Below are positions 42,595 through 53,144 of a stretch of 64,000 nt of DNA, in pieces. The notes beneath the pieces are model-generated. The model was not told the DNA's origin, ran no database searches, and saw only the letters and a program-made list of their open reading frames with translations. Positions within the stretch are counted from its first letter, which is position 1. Each line of letters begins with the position of its first letter. This stretch comes from Candidatus Poribacteria bacterium (GTDB taxonomy: Bacteria; Poribacteria; WGA-4E; PCPOR2b), in assembly GCA_965215015.1 (NCBI GenBank), contig OZ244042.1, forward strand, positions 2,144,001 through 2,208,000. The letters run 5' to 3'. A program made the translations under genes and the position numbers.

Positions 42595-42675
42595 GTCCCA
42601 CGGGAGAATAATAAACAAATGTGCCCCCTATCCCCAATACCTGCCCTTGTGATGGTGGGTATGCACCCCATTAGA
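42078..42675 (+). repeat. ~600-bp direct repeat, copy 1 (copy 2 at 52427-53033)
   Basis: Nucleotide alignment by eye, including ~80 bp past the stop codon. Confidence 0.95.
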
Positions 42676-42736
42676 AACGGATAAGATCTCTCTCGTTCTT
42701 ACCGAAAAAACTTTAGGTCTGTTCACGCATTACCTA

Positions 42737-45700
42737 TCACGTTCGGATCTCACTCCCAAACCTTGCCGAAACAACCTTTGACACGCCCGCCTGCTCCATC
42801 GTCACACCGTACATGACATCGGCAGTTTCCATCGTCCGTTTATTGTGGGTAATAATAATAAACTGTGTCTGCTGGGCGTATTTCCGAATGAGGTTGGTGA
42901 AGCGGAGCACGTTCGCTTCGTCAAGCGCAGCATCAACTTCATCTAGAACACAGAAGGGGCTCGGCTTAATCTTAAACACGGCGAAGAGCAGGGCAATGGC
43001 GACAAGGGACCGCTCACCGCCGGAGAGTTGCGTGATACTCTGTGGCCGCTTCCCCGGCGGACAGGCGATGATATCAATTCCCGATTCTAACACGTCAGAT
43101 GCTTCTGTCAAACGTAACTCCGTTTCCCCACCCCCAAAAAGTTCCTCAAAGACCTCTTGAAAGTTGGCGCGTATCTGCTCAAACGCACCGAGGAACGCTT
43201 CACGTGAGGTCTGGTTAATCTTTTGAATGGCTTGGTTGACCGATTCGAGCGACTTCTCGAGGTCTTGGCGCTGGGTGACGAGGAAATCTTCACGCTGCTT
43301 GTGCTCCTTATACTCCTCAATCGCCACAAGATTAACAGAGCCCATCCCTTCAATCTCGGCTTTCAGCGTATCAATCTGTCCCATCAACTCCAGGTCGTCA
43401 ACCGGATTATCCTCGACTTCAATCTGATCAATTGTGATTTGGTACTTATCGAGGATTCGGGCGGAGATTGCCTTCAATTGCATCTGCAACTGGGTCGTCG
43501 TGACCTCTAGGTGATGCCGTAGGCGATTATGCTTATCAAATTCCCTTCTGGCTTTGCGCATCAGCTTCTGCGCTTCTGCAATCTGTTTGATTAAACCTGT
43601 ATGCTCCTCCTCTAGCTGTCTCACATTTTCCGCCGCCTCAAATTTTTCCTGCTCTATCTGGAGAAATTTGCGTTGCGCTGCGTCAATTTGTGAAGAGAGC
43701 TCTTGGCGGGTTTGGTCATCTGAATCGATAACCCCCTGATGCTCGGCGATACTGTCGTGAATCTGTGCCTGATTTTTTTGAAGATTTAGGAGCTCAGAGC
43801 TCAAGCTCTGCAATTTTTCCCGTTTCCCTGCTAAAGCAATTTCAAGTTCTTGGCAGGAACCGATGACTTCATCCCGTTTATTCTTTTCGCTCTGAATCTG
43901 CTCCGACAACCGCTTGATGCGTCGTGCTAATGTGCGGCGCGCCTTGGCTGCGTCCTCCAATTCAGACTGCAGGGCGTCCTGATCGGCTTTTGCTTTTTCC
44001 GTTTCCTGATGCAGACCTACCTCTTCCTTTTCTACATCATTCAATTGTTCTTCAAGTTGGCTAATTTGCCGTTGTCCCTGTTCCAAAACTTTTGACAAAC
44101 TCGCATGCTCAATTCGGTGCGTTTGCTCCTGTGTAATGAGGGTTTGCCGGGTCTGTTGGAGTTCCACCAACTTGCCAGCAAGTTTTTTGCTTCTGCCATC
44201 CTTTGCATTGAGCTGGCTTGTCAGTTGGTTAATGCGTTCCTGTAGATCTTCTAGCTCCCTTGAGCGGCTCAGGAGTCCACTAGTTGAACCAGTGTTATGC
44301 CCACCCGTAACTGCGCCAGAAGTATTGATTAATTCTCCCTCCAGTGTGACGAGGCGCGCACGGTGACGGAAACGCCGTGTCAGGTTTATTGCTGTGTCAA
44401 GGTCTTCGACTACAACTGTATTTCCTAGCAGTTGCTGAACTGCAACCTCATATTTTGAGTCGTAGTCTAGGAGTTCAGCTGCCAGACCGATTACACCAAC
44501 CTCCTCTAGCAGACCATCGCCGTGGAACGAGCGAGTCCGCAGAATATCCAAGGGCAAGAAGGTCACTCGACCGGCTTTCGTCCGTTTGAGAAACTCAATA
44601 CCGGACTGAGCGTCTTCAGCGGTTTCTGTAACGATGTTTTGAATAGCACTCCCCAATGCTACCTCGATGGCTAACTCGTAGTCTGATTCGGTTCGGATGA
44701 GCTCGGCGATGACGCCACAAATCCCGCCAAAGCGTTCTGGCTCTATTTCGCGGACTTTAAGAATCGCGCGTACACCTGTGTAGTAACCTTCATGGACGGC
44801 TTGCAAATCCCGTAATGACTTAAACCGTGAAACGCTGGTACCGAGTGAATCCTGCATCCCACGCAGTTCGGATTCTAGCTTGCGGAGCTCCGCTTGGTGG
44901 CGTTGGATTTTTTCTTCAGCTTTCTGCCGGGCCATCTCAAGGCGAAGCAGGTCGGCGTTAAGCTGCTGTTCACGTTGGTGTGCCTTTGTATAATCCGATT
45001 TTTCTGCTTCTAGTTCAGTGTCTAAAGCGTTTGAGCGTTCCGTAATTCGATCCAGATTAGCAGCTGAATACTCCAGTTTGTTGTTAAGGGACGCAAGCTG
45101 CGTTTCCAGTTGTGAGACTTGATGGGTCGTTTCAAGCAATTTTTCCTGTGTTGTTTCTACGGAACCTTCGGCTTCCGTCACCCGCCTATTGAGTTCGGTC
45201 AAAACTCGCCGCCGCGCGGTCAGTCGGCTTTCCTCTAACTGAAGTGAAACGTCAACCTGTCTGTGTTCTTGCTCGCGGTCCTCCTTTTGCTCTTTAAGTT
45301 CTGATGACTGTCTCTCCAATGATTCGATTGCCTGAAGTGCCCGTTGGCGCTGCTGCTGAATATTTAGCTGACGTTCCTTGTAAAGTGCAATTTGCCGTTC
45401 CGTTTGTTCAATCTCACTCGCAAATTGGCTCACAACCCCTTGCCCATTACGAATTAAGTTATCTAACTCGGAGCGGCGGGCTGTCGCATCCTCAATCTGC
45501 TGCTCTGTGGAATCGATCTGCTCATTGGCTGCTGTCACCGCAAGCATCAATTCATCTAAGCTGAGTTGGGTTTGAGTCAATTCCTTGGCAAACCGCCCAT
45601 GCTCCCGACGGTTGAGGTCCAGTTCAAGGTTTTTCAGTTGACCGTGGAGTTGTTGATAACGTTCGGCTTGTTCGGCTTGCCGCCTGAGCGATTCAGTTTC

Positions 45701-46300
45701 ACGCTGCAATTCGTGGATAACATCATTAATCCGCACAAGGTTCCGCTCAGTTTCTTCTAGCTTTTTAAGGGCCGCTTTTTTGCGGTGCTTATATTTGGTG
45801 ATGCCCGCAACTTCGTCGAACAGGAAGCGGCGCTCTTCGGGACGGGTATTGAGAATGAGATCAATCTTACTCTGCTCCATGACAGAGTACGCATCGACGC
45901 CGATCCCTGTGTCCATAAAGAGCTCTGTAATATCTCGTAGCAAACACGGGGTATCGTTGATGAAATATGTGCTTTCACCGCTACGTGTCAGTTGACGGCA
46001 AACTGCAATCTCCGGGGATTCAAACGCAAGTTGTCCCTCAATGTTGGTGAAATGAAGGGAAGCCTGTGCCCGTTGTGCTGGTTTAAAGTTCGATCCACCG
46101 TTAAAAAGGAGATCTTGCATATTGGCACAACGCAGGGCGCGGGGGCTCTGTTGGCCCAAGACCCAACGAATTGCGTCTGACACATTGCTCTTACCACAGC
46201 CATTTGGTCCCACAATAGTTGTAACTCCAGGCTCTAGTATTAACTCCACATCTTCGGCGAAGCTCTTGAAACCACTGATTTTAATTTTATTGATATGCAA
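42737..46300 (-). CDS. smc: Chromosome segregation protein SMC
   Basis: GFKSFA, GPNGCGKSN, hinge GRVTFLPL, LSGGE, LDEVDAALD. Confidence 0.97.
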   Translation of the reverse strand: MHINKIKISGFKSFAEDVELILEPGVTTIVGPNGCGKSNVSDAIRWVLGQQSPRALRCANMQDLLFNGGSNFKPAQRAQASLHFTNIEGQLAFESPEIAVCRQLTRSGESTYFINDTPCLLRDITELFMDTGIGVDAYSVMEQSKIDLILNTRPEERRFLFDEVAGITKYKHRKKAALKKLEETERNLVRINDVIHELQRETESLRRQAEQAERYQQLHGQLKNLELDLNRREHGRFAKELTQTQLSLDELMLAVTAANEQIDSTEQQIEDATARRSELDNLIRNGQGVVSQFASEIEQTERQIALYKERQLNIQQQRQRALQAIESLERQSSELKEQKEDREQEHRQVDVSLQLEESRLTARRRVLTELNRRVTEAEGSVETTQEKLLETTHQVSQLETQLASLNNKLEYSAANLDRITERSNALDTELEAEKSDYTKAHQREQQLNADLLRLEMARQKAEEKIQRHQAELRKLESELRGMQDSLGTSVSRFKSLRDLQAVHEGYYTGVRAILKVREIEPERFGGICGVIAELIRTESDYELAIEVALGSAIQNIVTETAEDAQSGIEFLKRTKAGRVTFLPLDILRTRSFHGDGLLEEVGVIGLAAELLDYDSKYEVAVQQLLGNTVVVEDLDTAINLTRRFRHRARLVTLEGELINTSGAVTGGHNTGSTSGLLSRSRELEDLQERINQLTSQLNAKDGRSKKLAGKLVELQQTRQTLITQEQTHRIEHASLSKVLEQGQRQISQLEEQLNDVEKEEVGLHQETEKAKADQDALQSELEDAAKARRTLARRIKRLSEQIQSEKNKRDEVIGSCQELEIALAGKREKLQSLSSELLNLQKNQAQIHDSIAEHQGVIDSDDQTRQELSSQIDAAQRKFLQIEQEKFEAAENVRQLEEEHTGLIKQIAEAQKLMRKARREFDKHNRLRHHLEVTTTQLQMQLKAISARILDKYQITIDQIEVEDNPVDDLELMGQIDTLKAEIEGMGSVNLVAIEEYKEHKQREDFLVTQRQDLEKSLESVNQAIQKINQTSREAFLGAFEQIRANFQEVFEELFGGGETELRLTEASDVLESGIDIIACPPGKRPQSITQLSGGERSLVAIALLFAVFKIKPSPFCVLDEVDAALDEANVLRFTNLIRKYAQQTQFIIITHNKRTMETADVMYGVTMEQAGVSKVVSARFGSEIRT

Positions 46301-46432
46301 CGGATGTTCCTCCTTCGATGGGCAACTCGCAAGTTACATTTTCATTAACGCAAGTTAAGCAATACGGTTTCGGTCTTACGTTAGAAAAGTCGGTTGCATG
46401 TCAATAGAGTACACCCATGTCAATCATCTCCT

Positions 46433-47569
46433 TTAATCCTTGGAAAAGCTCTGATTCAAGGCATCTTTAATCTCTGTAATGACTTCTGTATCCGCTTCCA
46501 TGTCTAAACGTGCTTGTAACGCTTTTCTTGCAGCCTTACCCCCAATTTGCCCTAATGCCCATGCAGCATGGCCGCGGACCAAGGGCTCGCGATCGTTCAA
46601 CGCTTTTTTGAGGGCAGGCACCGCAGCTCGATTTTTCCAATTGCCAAGCGCAACTGCAACATTTCGGAGAAAACCCCGTCGCTTCGCTCGCTTGACTGGA
46701 CTGTTTCTAAAACGTCTGCTAAACTGTTCCTGCGTCATGTTAATCAATGAAAGCAGCGTAGGCGTGAAATTTCCCTGGCGTGGATAAAAGGCACGCTCTT
46801 TTGTCGGCACAGCTTTGCTGTTCCAAGGGCAAACTTCCTGACAGATGTCGCAACCGAAGATTAGGTTGTCCATCTGCGGACGGAGCCCTCGGGGGATGCT
46901 CCCCTTCAATTCAATGGTAAGGTAGGAAATACATAGCCGGGAATCGAGGATGTTCGGTGCTAGGATTGCGTCTGTAGGACATGCCTCAATACAGCGGGTG
47001 CACGTGCCGCAACTGCCACGAAGCAGCGGTGTGTCTGTGTCCAACTTGATACTGACCAAGATACCCGCGAGAAAAAACCAAGAACCGGCTCGCCAGTTAA
47101 TCACATTTGTATTTTTAGCAATCCATCCGATGCCCGCGCGTTCCGCGTACTCACGTTCAAGGACCGGGGCGGTATCTACATAAACTCTGGTTTTGACCTT
47201 TTCTTCAGCGGTTCTTTGGATAAATATCGCCAACCGATCTAATTTCGATCGGATAAGACTGTGGTAATCCGTTCCCCACGCATACCGAGAAATCTGTCCG
47301 CGCGATGGATCCGCCACAAGTGACTTAGGGGGGGCGAGCGTGTAGTAATTAATCGCCAACGCGATAATTGATTGGGCTTCGGGGAGGATTTGGCGTGGAT
47401 CCCGCTTCAGCGGTAGATGCCTTTCTAGGTAACCCATCTCTCCGGCATAACCGTCTTTCAACCACTGTTCGTAGCGATCAATCGTCTGGCTTGGTTCAAC
47501 TGGGATAATACCAGCCAATTCAAATCCAAGTTTTTGTGCCTGAACCTTTATCTGTTCTGTCAGATTCAT
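46433..47569 (-). CDS. queG: Epoxyqueuosine reductase
   Basis: ISRYAWGTDYH, VDTAPVLERE, CGTCTRCIEACPT, CISYLTIE, GCDICQEVCPWN, C-terminal HEAT repeats. Confidence 0.95.
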   Translation of the reverse strand: MNLTEQIKVQAQKLGFELAGIIPVEPSQTIDRYEQWLKDGYAGEMGYLERHLPLKRDPRQILPEAQSIIALAINYYTLAPPKSLVADPSRGQISRYAWGTDYHSLIRSKLDRLAIFIQRTAEEKVKTRVYVDTAPVLEREYAERAGIGWIAKNTNVINWRAGSWFFLAGILVSIKLDTDTPLLRGSCGTCTRCIEACPTDAILAPNILDSRLCISYLTIELKGSIPRGLRPQMDNLIFGCDICQEVCPWNSKAVPTKERAFYPRQGNFTPTLLSLINMTQEQFSRRFRNSPVKRAKRRGFLRNVAVALGNWKNRAAVPALKKALNDREPLVRGHAAWALGQIGGKAARKALQARLDMEADTEVITEIKDALNQSFSKD

Positions 47570-47716
47570 ACTTAGTCATGGGGGTGTCAAGCTGCCATTA
47601 GCAAAATAACACGATTTCTATAAAATATATAAAATGAAAGGGAGTTCATGAAAATCTTGCCGTTATCGTAGCAGCCATTTTTTCCAAAGTCAAAGAAATT
47701 ATTCCAAAAAAAATAC

Positions 47717-47745
47717 TTGACATAAAACAATAATTATTATACAAT
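47717..47745 (+). promoter_or_regulatory. Sigma70-type promoter of rpoBC
   Basis: TTGACA-17 bp-TACAAT with an A-tract upstream. Confidence 0.7.
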
Positions 47746-47831
47746 ATCATGTTACGCCTGTTTTTCAGGAACAAAATTCAGAAACGCCCCTATCTTCCAA
47801 ATCTCAAGAATCTCTAAGGTCAGGTGAAAGC

Positions 47832-50800
47832 ATGCCCCATCCCGTCAAATATGGCAAGCGTGAAAGATTATCTTTTGCAAAAATTCCGGAGATTATGAAT
47901 CTCCCCGATCTCATCGAGGTTCAAAAATCCTCCTACGACGAATTTCTTCAACAAAATATCCCCCCAGAAAAGCGTAAAGATAAAGGCTTACAAGCCGTTT
48001 TCAACGAAATCTTTCCAATCCCCGATTTCAGCGAAACTTCCGAACTTCAGTTCGTTAGTTATTCACTCGGTGCCCCTAAGTACGACATTAACGAATGCCA
48101 ATCCCGTGGGTTCAATTATGCCCTGCCGGTGAAGGTTCGTGTCCAATTGGTTCTCAGAGAAAAAGATCAGGACACCGGTGAAAATCAGCTGATTGATATC
48201 AAGGAAAATGAAGTCTATATGGGCGAAATCCCCTTGATGACGGAAAACGGTACTTTCATCATCAACGGCTCTGAACGGGTGATTGTCAGCCAGCTACAAC
48301 GATCTCCCGGTGCAACGTTTGGGGAAGATACCCACACCAGTGGACAGACACTCAACACTGCGAAGATTATTCCGTATCGAGGGGCGTGGATTGAATTTGA
48401 GTGCGACATCAAAGATCTGATTTATGTCCGGCTCGATCGACGAAAAAAAATGCTCGTAACTGTTCTGCTCCGGGCACTGGGTTGGGAAACCGATGAAACC
48501 ATCCTCCATCTGTATGCCAAGACAGAGTGTGTTCAGCTCGATGATTCCCTGATTGGTCGGGTGACGGCTGCTCCTGTTGAATATTCTGTCCCTGAAGATA
48601 TCTTGCTTGAAGCAAATACAAACACAGAGCGTGTCAATCTAGCTGACGCTCCAATTGGTCGGTTGATAGCTACTCCTGTCGAATACAAGCACCCTGATAC
48701 TGGAAAAGAGGTCTTGCTTGAAGCAAATACGAAATTGACAGCAGAGCAGATTTCGGATTTGCTTCAAGCAGATATCAGCGAAGTTGTAGTTGAAGCAAAT
48801 ACAAACACAGAGCGTGTCAATCTAGCTGACGCTCCAATTGGTCGGTTGATAGCTACTCCTGTCGAATACAAACATCCTGATACTGGAAAAGAGGTCTTGC
48901 TTGAAGCAAATACGAAATTGACAGCAGAGCAGATTTCGGATTTGCTTCAAGCAGATATCAGCGAAGTTGAAGTTATTCCTGTCGAATACAAATTACTCGA
49001 AGCAAATGTGGAGTTGACAGAAGAGGCAATAGACGATTTGCTTGAGGCAGGTATCAGCGAAGTTGAAGTTTTAGACGCAGATGATGCAGAAGAAATCCGT
49101 TTTCTGCGAAATACGCTCAATCGTGATCTCCAATCGGAGTATAAACTGCCGTTAATTTTTAAAGTGCCATCAGACCTCCAAAGTGATTTGACAGATAATG
49201 CACCGGTGTCAGAGACATGGCGTCAACAGTTTAAAGACAGTGGCACCTCTCTGTCCTCTACCGCGATCATGCAGGTAAAAACAGCAGATCGCCGTTGGCG
49301 TGTATTAAACAAGAATAATAGAGAGAACTTTACCATTGAGAAAATAGGGGATACCCTCAACGTCTATCGGGGAAGTATCCAAGACTTGGCGGTGGTTGAA
49401 ATCTTTCGTAAGCTGCAACCGGGCGACCCGCCTACAATCGAGAGCGCGCACAACCGATTTGAAAAGCTATTTTTCGATTCAGTGCGCTACGATCTCGCAA
49501 AGGTAGGGCGGTATAAGCTTAATGAAAAGCTTGGCAACCTTTCCCTGTATCGGAACGAGGACGAAGTAGTAGATGAAACGATTCGTGTCCTGCGTGCGGC
49601 GGACATCGCCGCGGTTCTCCAATACCTGATACAGGTGCAGAATGGAAACGGAGAGATGGACGATATCGATCACCTCGGTAATCGTCGAGTTCGCGCTGTC
49701 GGAGAACTGTTGCAGAACCAGGTGCGGATGGGGATGCTGCGAGTTACCCGGGCGACGCGAGAGCGGTTGACAGTTCAAGACTTGGAAAGTGTAACCCCTG
49801 CCGACTTGATTAATCCTAAACCCTTGACCGCTGCGATCAAAGATTTCTTCGGATCGAGTCAACTTTCCCAATTCATGCAGCAAGCCAATCCGCTAGACGA
49901 GTTAACCCATAAACGCCGCTTGAGTGCATTGGGCCCCGGCGGACTGCATCGGGAACGTGCAACCTTTGAGGTACGGGATGTCCATCGTACTCACTACGGA
50001 CGAGTCTGCCCGATTGAGACACCTGAAGGCCCTTCGGTGGGGTTAATTGTTTCCTTAAGTACCTACGCGCGGGTCAATGCCTACGGCTTTATGGAAACAC
50101 CTTATCGCAAGGTGTCTGAGGGCAAAGCAATCAATCGGATCGATTATTTGTCCGCCGATAAAGAAGATACGTTCACCATTGCACAGGCACATGCTGTCCT
50201 CGATGAGGACGGAACGATGGAAGGCGACCTGATGGTTACACGGCAAAAGGACGATTTTCCCCGGAAGTTAGCACCAGAAATCGATTACATTGATGTCTCC
50301 CCGAAACAAATCGTTGGTGTTTCTGCCGCGCTCATTCCCTTCCTTGAGCATAACGATGCGAACCGTGCATTGATGGGGAGTAACATGCAGAGACAAGCTG
50401 TACCGCTCATCCGGCCAGAAGCTCCGTTGATTGGGACTGGTATGGAACATAAAGCTGCTCGCGATTCTGGGGCAGTTGTACTGGCAAAGCGGGATGGCAT
50501 TGCAGAAAGCGTCTCTGCATCTGAAATCATTATCCGCACGGATGATGCCTTCCGGATTGCTCATGGAGAGCAGTCGTTCAGCGAAATGGGCTACGATGTT
50601 TATCGCTTGACCACCTTCAAGCGATCCAACAGTGGGACCAGCCTCCACCAACGCCCATGTATAAATGTCGGAGAACAGATAAAAGCCGGTCAAGTGATTG
50701 CCGATGGCACCTCAACAGAGAATGGAGAGCTGGCCCTCGGCAGCAATATCCTAATCGCATTCATGTCTTGGGAAGGATATAATTATGAGGATGCTATCCT

Positions 50801-52952
50801 CCTCAACGAGTCACTCATCGCTGACGATACTTACACCTCTATTCACATCGAAGAGTTTGAGGTAGAAGCGCGTGATACGAAGATGGGATCCGAAGAGATT
50901 ACTCGAGATATTCCAAACGTTTCTGAGGAAGCTTTGGCGCAGTTAGATGAGGAGGGGATTATTCGCATCGGTTCAATTGTCCGTCCGGGAAGCATTCTTG
51001 TGGGCAAGGTGACCCCGAAGGGAGAGAGTGACCTCGGCCCCGAAGAAAAACTGCTGCGTGCAATCTTTGGTGAGAAAGTCGGCGAAGTGCGCGACGCTTC
51101 CAAGTATGTCAAGCCCGGCACCGAGGGGGTTGTTGTTGATGTCAAGGTCTTCTCTCGGAAAGAGCGGGACGGGGACCGTCAAACGGAATTACGGGAGATC
51201 GCGAAAAAGAAAGAGGTGGAGAAGGAATGGGAGGCGAAATGTGGATTAATTAACCAACGCAAGGACGACGAGATCCGCAACATACTGCTCGGTCAAAAAC
51301 TCGCTAGCAGTGTTTCTAACGACACAGAACTCATTGCTAGGCGGGGAAAGATTGTAACAGAAGAGTTGCTGGAAACGGGCGTTCCGTTGGAACAATTTCA
51401 TGTTAGGGATGCTGAGGCAATGGAGCTCATCCAACGCATTCAACAGTTGGCGCAGGGGCGTATTGATGCCCTGACGGAAGAAAAGAAAGCACAAATTGAG
51501 AAAATCGAGAAGGGCGACGAGTTGAAGCCGGGGCTTCTCAAACTGGTGAAAGTTTATGTAGCGATCCGTCGAAAGATCTCTGTCGGCGATAAAATGTCCG
51601 GGAGACACGGCAATAAGGGAGTCGTTTCAAAGATTCTCCCACAAGAGGATATGCCCTATCTGGAAGACGGTACGCCAATCCAAATCATCATGAATCCGTT
51701 GGGGGTTCCGGGGCGCATGAATGCGGGACAGATTCTGGAAACGCATTTGGGGAGGGCGGCAAAGGAACTTGGATTATATATTACCACGCCGGTCTTTGAT
51801 GGGGCGGAGGACCCGGAAATTCGTAAGCTCTTACGAGAGGCAGGGCTGCCCGAACACGGAAAAGCGAAGTTGTATGATGGTCGAACCGGGGAACCCTTTG
51901 CCCAAGAAGTGACTGTCGGATATACTTACATTCTCAAGCTCAATCACTTGGTAGATAATAAAATCCACGCCCGCAGCACAGGACCCTATTCGTTGGTGAC
52001 TCAGCAACCGCTCGGTGGCAAGGCACAGCAAGGTGGCCAACGTCTCGGTGAAATGGAGGTGTGGGCATTGGAAGCATATGGGGCTGCCTACACCCTTCAA
52101 GAATTACTCACAATTAAATCCGATGATGTCATTGGAAGGAGCAAAATCTACGAAGCGATTGTCAAAGGAGAAAATGCCCCCGCGCCCGGCACTCCAGAGT
52201 CATTTAACGTTCTCGTGAAGGAATTACAAAGCCTTTGTCTAGATGTAGACCTAGAACAGACATCTGATGCCCCAGATACTTTTGATGCCCCAGATACTTT
52301 TGATCTTACGCCTGAGAAACAGAACCTGCAGACATCTAATGCCCCAGATACTTTTGACCTTGCCCCTGAGAAACAGAACCTGCAGACATCTGATGCCCCA
52401 GATACTTTTGATCTTGCCCCTGAGAAACAGGACCCCACGAGAATTTCCTTTACTGAGATTGATTTAAAGAAGGCCAACGAATTTGCAGAGAGCGATGCCA
52501 GATCAAACCTTATAGAAAACGAGAACGCGAACCGTGAGTATATTCGTATAGGGAAACTCGGTGAGATTGCCTTTGCTAAATTTCTAGATAAGCATGATAA
52601 GGCATTCTTGAATGACGCCAATCAACTTCTAACATGGGATGATGTTTATACATTGGACAGACTGAATCTCCAGACTTGCGACGGTCAAACCGTTGATGTT
52701 AAGGCATCCACATACCAAAGCATATTGGTTCCATGTAATAATGAATCCAAAGATTATTACGTCGGGGTTAAAATTTCACTGGATAGGAATAGGAAAATAG
52801 GTACAGTGAAGGGTTTTATTGATAGAGATGGACTAAAGCCATTTACTCACCCTGACATTGATAAGCCATGTCTTCAAGGAGAATTTGGATCACTTGAATG
52901 TATCGAAGCCTTGCTTGAAATGATGCCTGAGGCAGAAAACGGCGCGAACTAG
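47832..52952 (+). CDS. rpoB: DNA-directed RNA polymerase beta subunit with insertions and a C-terminal fused domain
   Basis: [67 protein letters not shown], then a ~230-aa extension. Confidence 0.97.
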   Translation: MPHPVKYGKRERLSFAKIPEIMNLPDLIEVQKSSYDEFLQQNIPPEKRKDKGLQAVFNEIFPIPDFSETSELQFVSYSLGAPKYDINECQSRGFNYALPVKVRVQLVLREKDQDTGENQLIDIKENEVYMGEIPLMTENGTFIINGSERVIVSQLQRSPGATFGEDTHTSGQTLNTAKIIPYRGAWIEFECDIKDLIYVRLDRRKKMLVTVLLRALGWETDETILHLYAKTECVQLDDSLIGRVTAAPVEYSVPEDILLEANTNTERVNLADAPIGRLIATPVEYKHPDTGKEVLLEANTKLTAEQISDLLQADISEVVVEANTNTERVNLADAPIGRLIATPVEYKHPDTGKEVLLEANTKLTAEQISDLLQADISEVEVIPVEYKLLEANVELTEEAIDDLLEAGISEVEVLDADDAEEIRFLRNTLNRDLQSEYKLPLIFKVPSDLQSDLTDNAPVSETWRQQFKDSGTSLSSTAIMQVKTADRRWRVLNKNNRENFTIEKIGDTLNVYRGSIQDLAVVEIFRKLQPGDPPTIESAHNRFEKLFFDSVRYDLAKVGRYKLNEKLGNLSLYRNEDEVVDETIRVLRAADIAAVLQYLIQVQNGNGEMDDIDHLGNRRVRAVGELLQNQVRMGMLRVTRATRERLTVQDLESVTPADLINPKPLTAAIKDFFGSSQLSQFMQQANPLDELTHKRRLSALGPGGLHRERATFEVRDVHRTHYGRVCPIETPEGPSVGLIVSLSTYARVNAYGFMETPYRKVSEGKAINRIDYLSADKEDTFTIAQAHAVLDEDGTMEGDLMVTRQKDDFPRKLAPEIDYIDVSPKQIVGVSAALIPFLEHNDANRALMGSNMQRQAVPLIRPEAPLIGTGMEHKAARDSGAVVLAKRDGIAESVSASEIIIRTDDAFRIAHGEQSFSEMGYDVYRLTTFKRSNSGTSLHQRPCINVGEQIKAGQVIADGTSTENGELALGSNILIAFMSWEGYNYEDAILLNESLIADDTYTSIHIEEFEVEARDTKMGSEEITRDIPNVSEEALAQLDEEGIIRIGSIVRPGSILVGKVTPKGESDLGPEEKLLRAIFGEKVGEVRDASKYVKPGTEGVVVDVKVFSRKERDGDRQTELREIAKKKEVEKEWEAKCGLINQRKDDEIRNILLGQKLASSVSNDTELIARRGKIVTEELLETGVPLEQFHVRDAEAMELIQRIQQLAQGRIDALTEEKKAQIEKIEKGDELKPGLLKLVKVYVAIRRKISVGDKMSGRHGNKGVVSKILPQEDMPYLEDGTPIQIIMNPLGVPGRMNAGQILETHLGRAAKELGLYITTPVFDGAEDPEIRKLLREAGLPEHGKAKLYDGRTGEPFAQEVTVGYTYILKLNHLVDNKIHARSTGPYSLVTQQPLGGKAQQGGQRLGEMEVWALEAYGAAYTLQELLTIKSDDVIGRSKIYEAIVKGENAPAPGTPESFNVLVKELQSLCLDVDLEQTSDAPDTFDAPDTFDLTPEKQNLQTSNAPDTFDLAPEKQNLQTSDAPDTFDLAPEKQDPTRISFTEIDLKKANEFAESDARSNLIENENANREYIRIGKLGEIAFAKFLDKHDKAFLNDANQLLTWDDVYTLDRLNLQTCDGQTVDVKASTYQSILVPCNNESKDYYVGVKISLDRNRKIGTVKGFIDRDGLKPFTHPDIDKPCLQGEFGSLECIEALLEMMPEAENGAN
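48607..48969 (+). repeat. 183-bp in-frame tandem duplication within rpoB
   Basis: [59 protein letters not shown] twice; the copies differ at AAGCAC/AAACAT (silent). Confidence 0.95.
52257..52430 (+). repeat. 54-bp tandem repeat (~3 units plus an 18-bp sub-duplication) encoding the RpoB linker
   Basis: [18 protein letters not shown] units starting at 52257, 52329 and 52383. Confidence 0.95.
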
Positions 52953-53033
52953 GGCCCACGAGAAAATAATAAACAAATATGCCCCCTATCCCCAATACTT
53001 GCCCTTGTGATGGTGGGTATGCACCCCATTAGA
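52427..53033 (+). repeat. ~600-bp direct repeat, copy 2 (copy 1 at 42078-42675)
   Basis: Homology covers the RpoB extension and 3' non-coding DNA up to ...CACCCCATTAGA. Confidence 0.95.
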
Positions 53034-53144
53034 TTGGGAGTCGGAACATGATGTATGAAGTGTGGAAGAGGAGAAGTCCGAAAAAATAGAAGTGCTTCTC
53101 TTCTAATCTTCTAATCTTCTAATCGTTAATAAGGGAGAATAGCC

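Noticed and set aside
48540-49373. RpoB insertions as inteins
   Set aside because: No Cys/Ser start with His-Asn end followed by Cys/Ser/Thr, and no LAGLIDADG motifs
51160-51530. Helical insertion in the RpoB flap region (and the SI3-like insert in RpoC)
   Set aside because: Correspond to the known beta-i9 and beta'-i6 lineage-specific insertions
52257-52430. 54-bp repeats as a CRISPR array
   Set aside because: Head-to-tail in-frame coding repeats with no unique spacers and no cas genes
42078-53033. Repeat pair as a DGR template/variable region
   Set aside because: Differences include many C/G and T/C changes and indels rather than being adenine-restricted; no reverse transcriptase in the window
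53101-53124. (TTCTAATC)x3 between rpoB and rpoC
   Set aside because: Short simple repeat with no evidence of function
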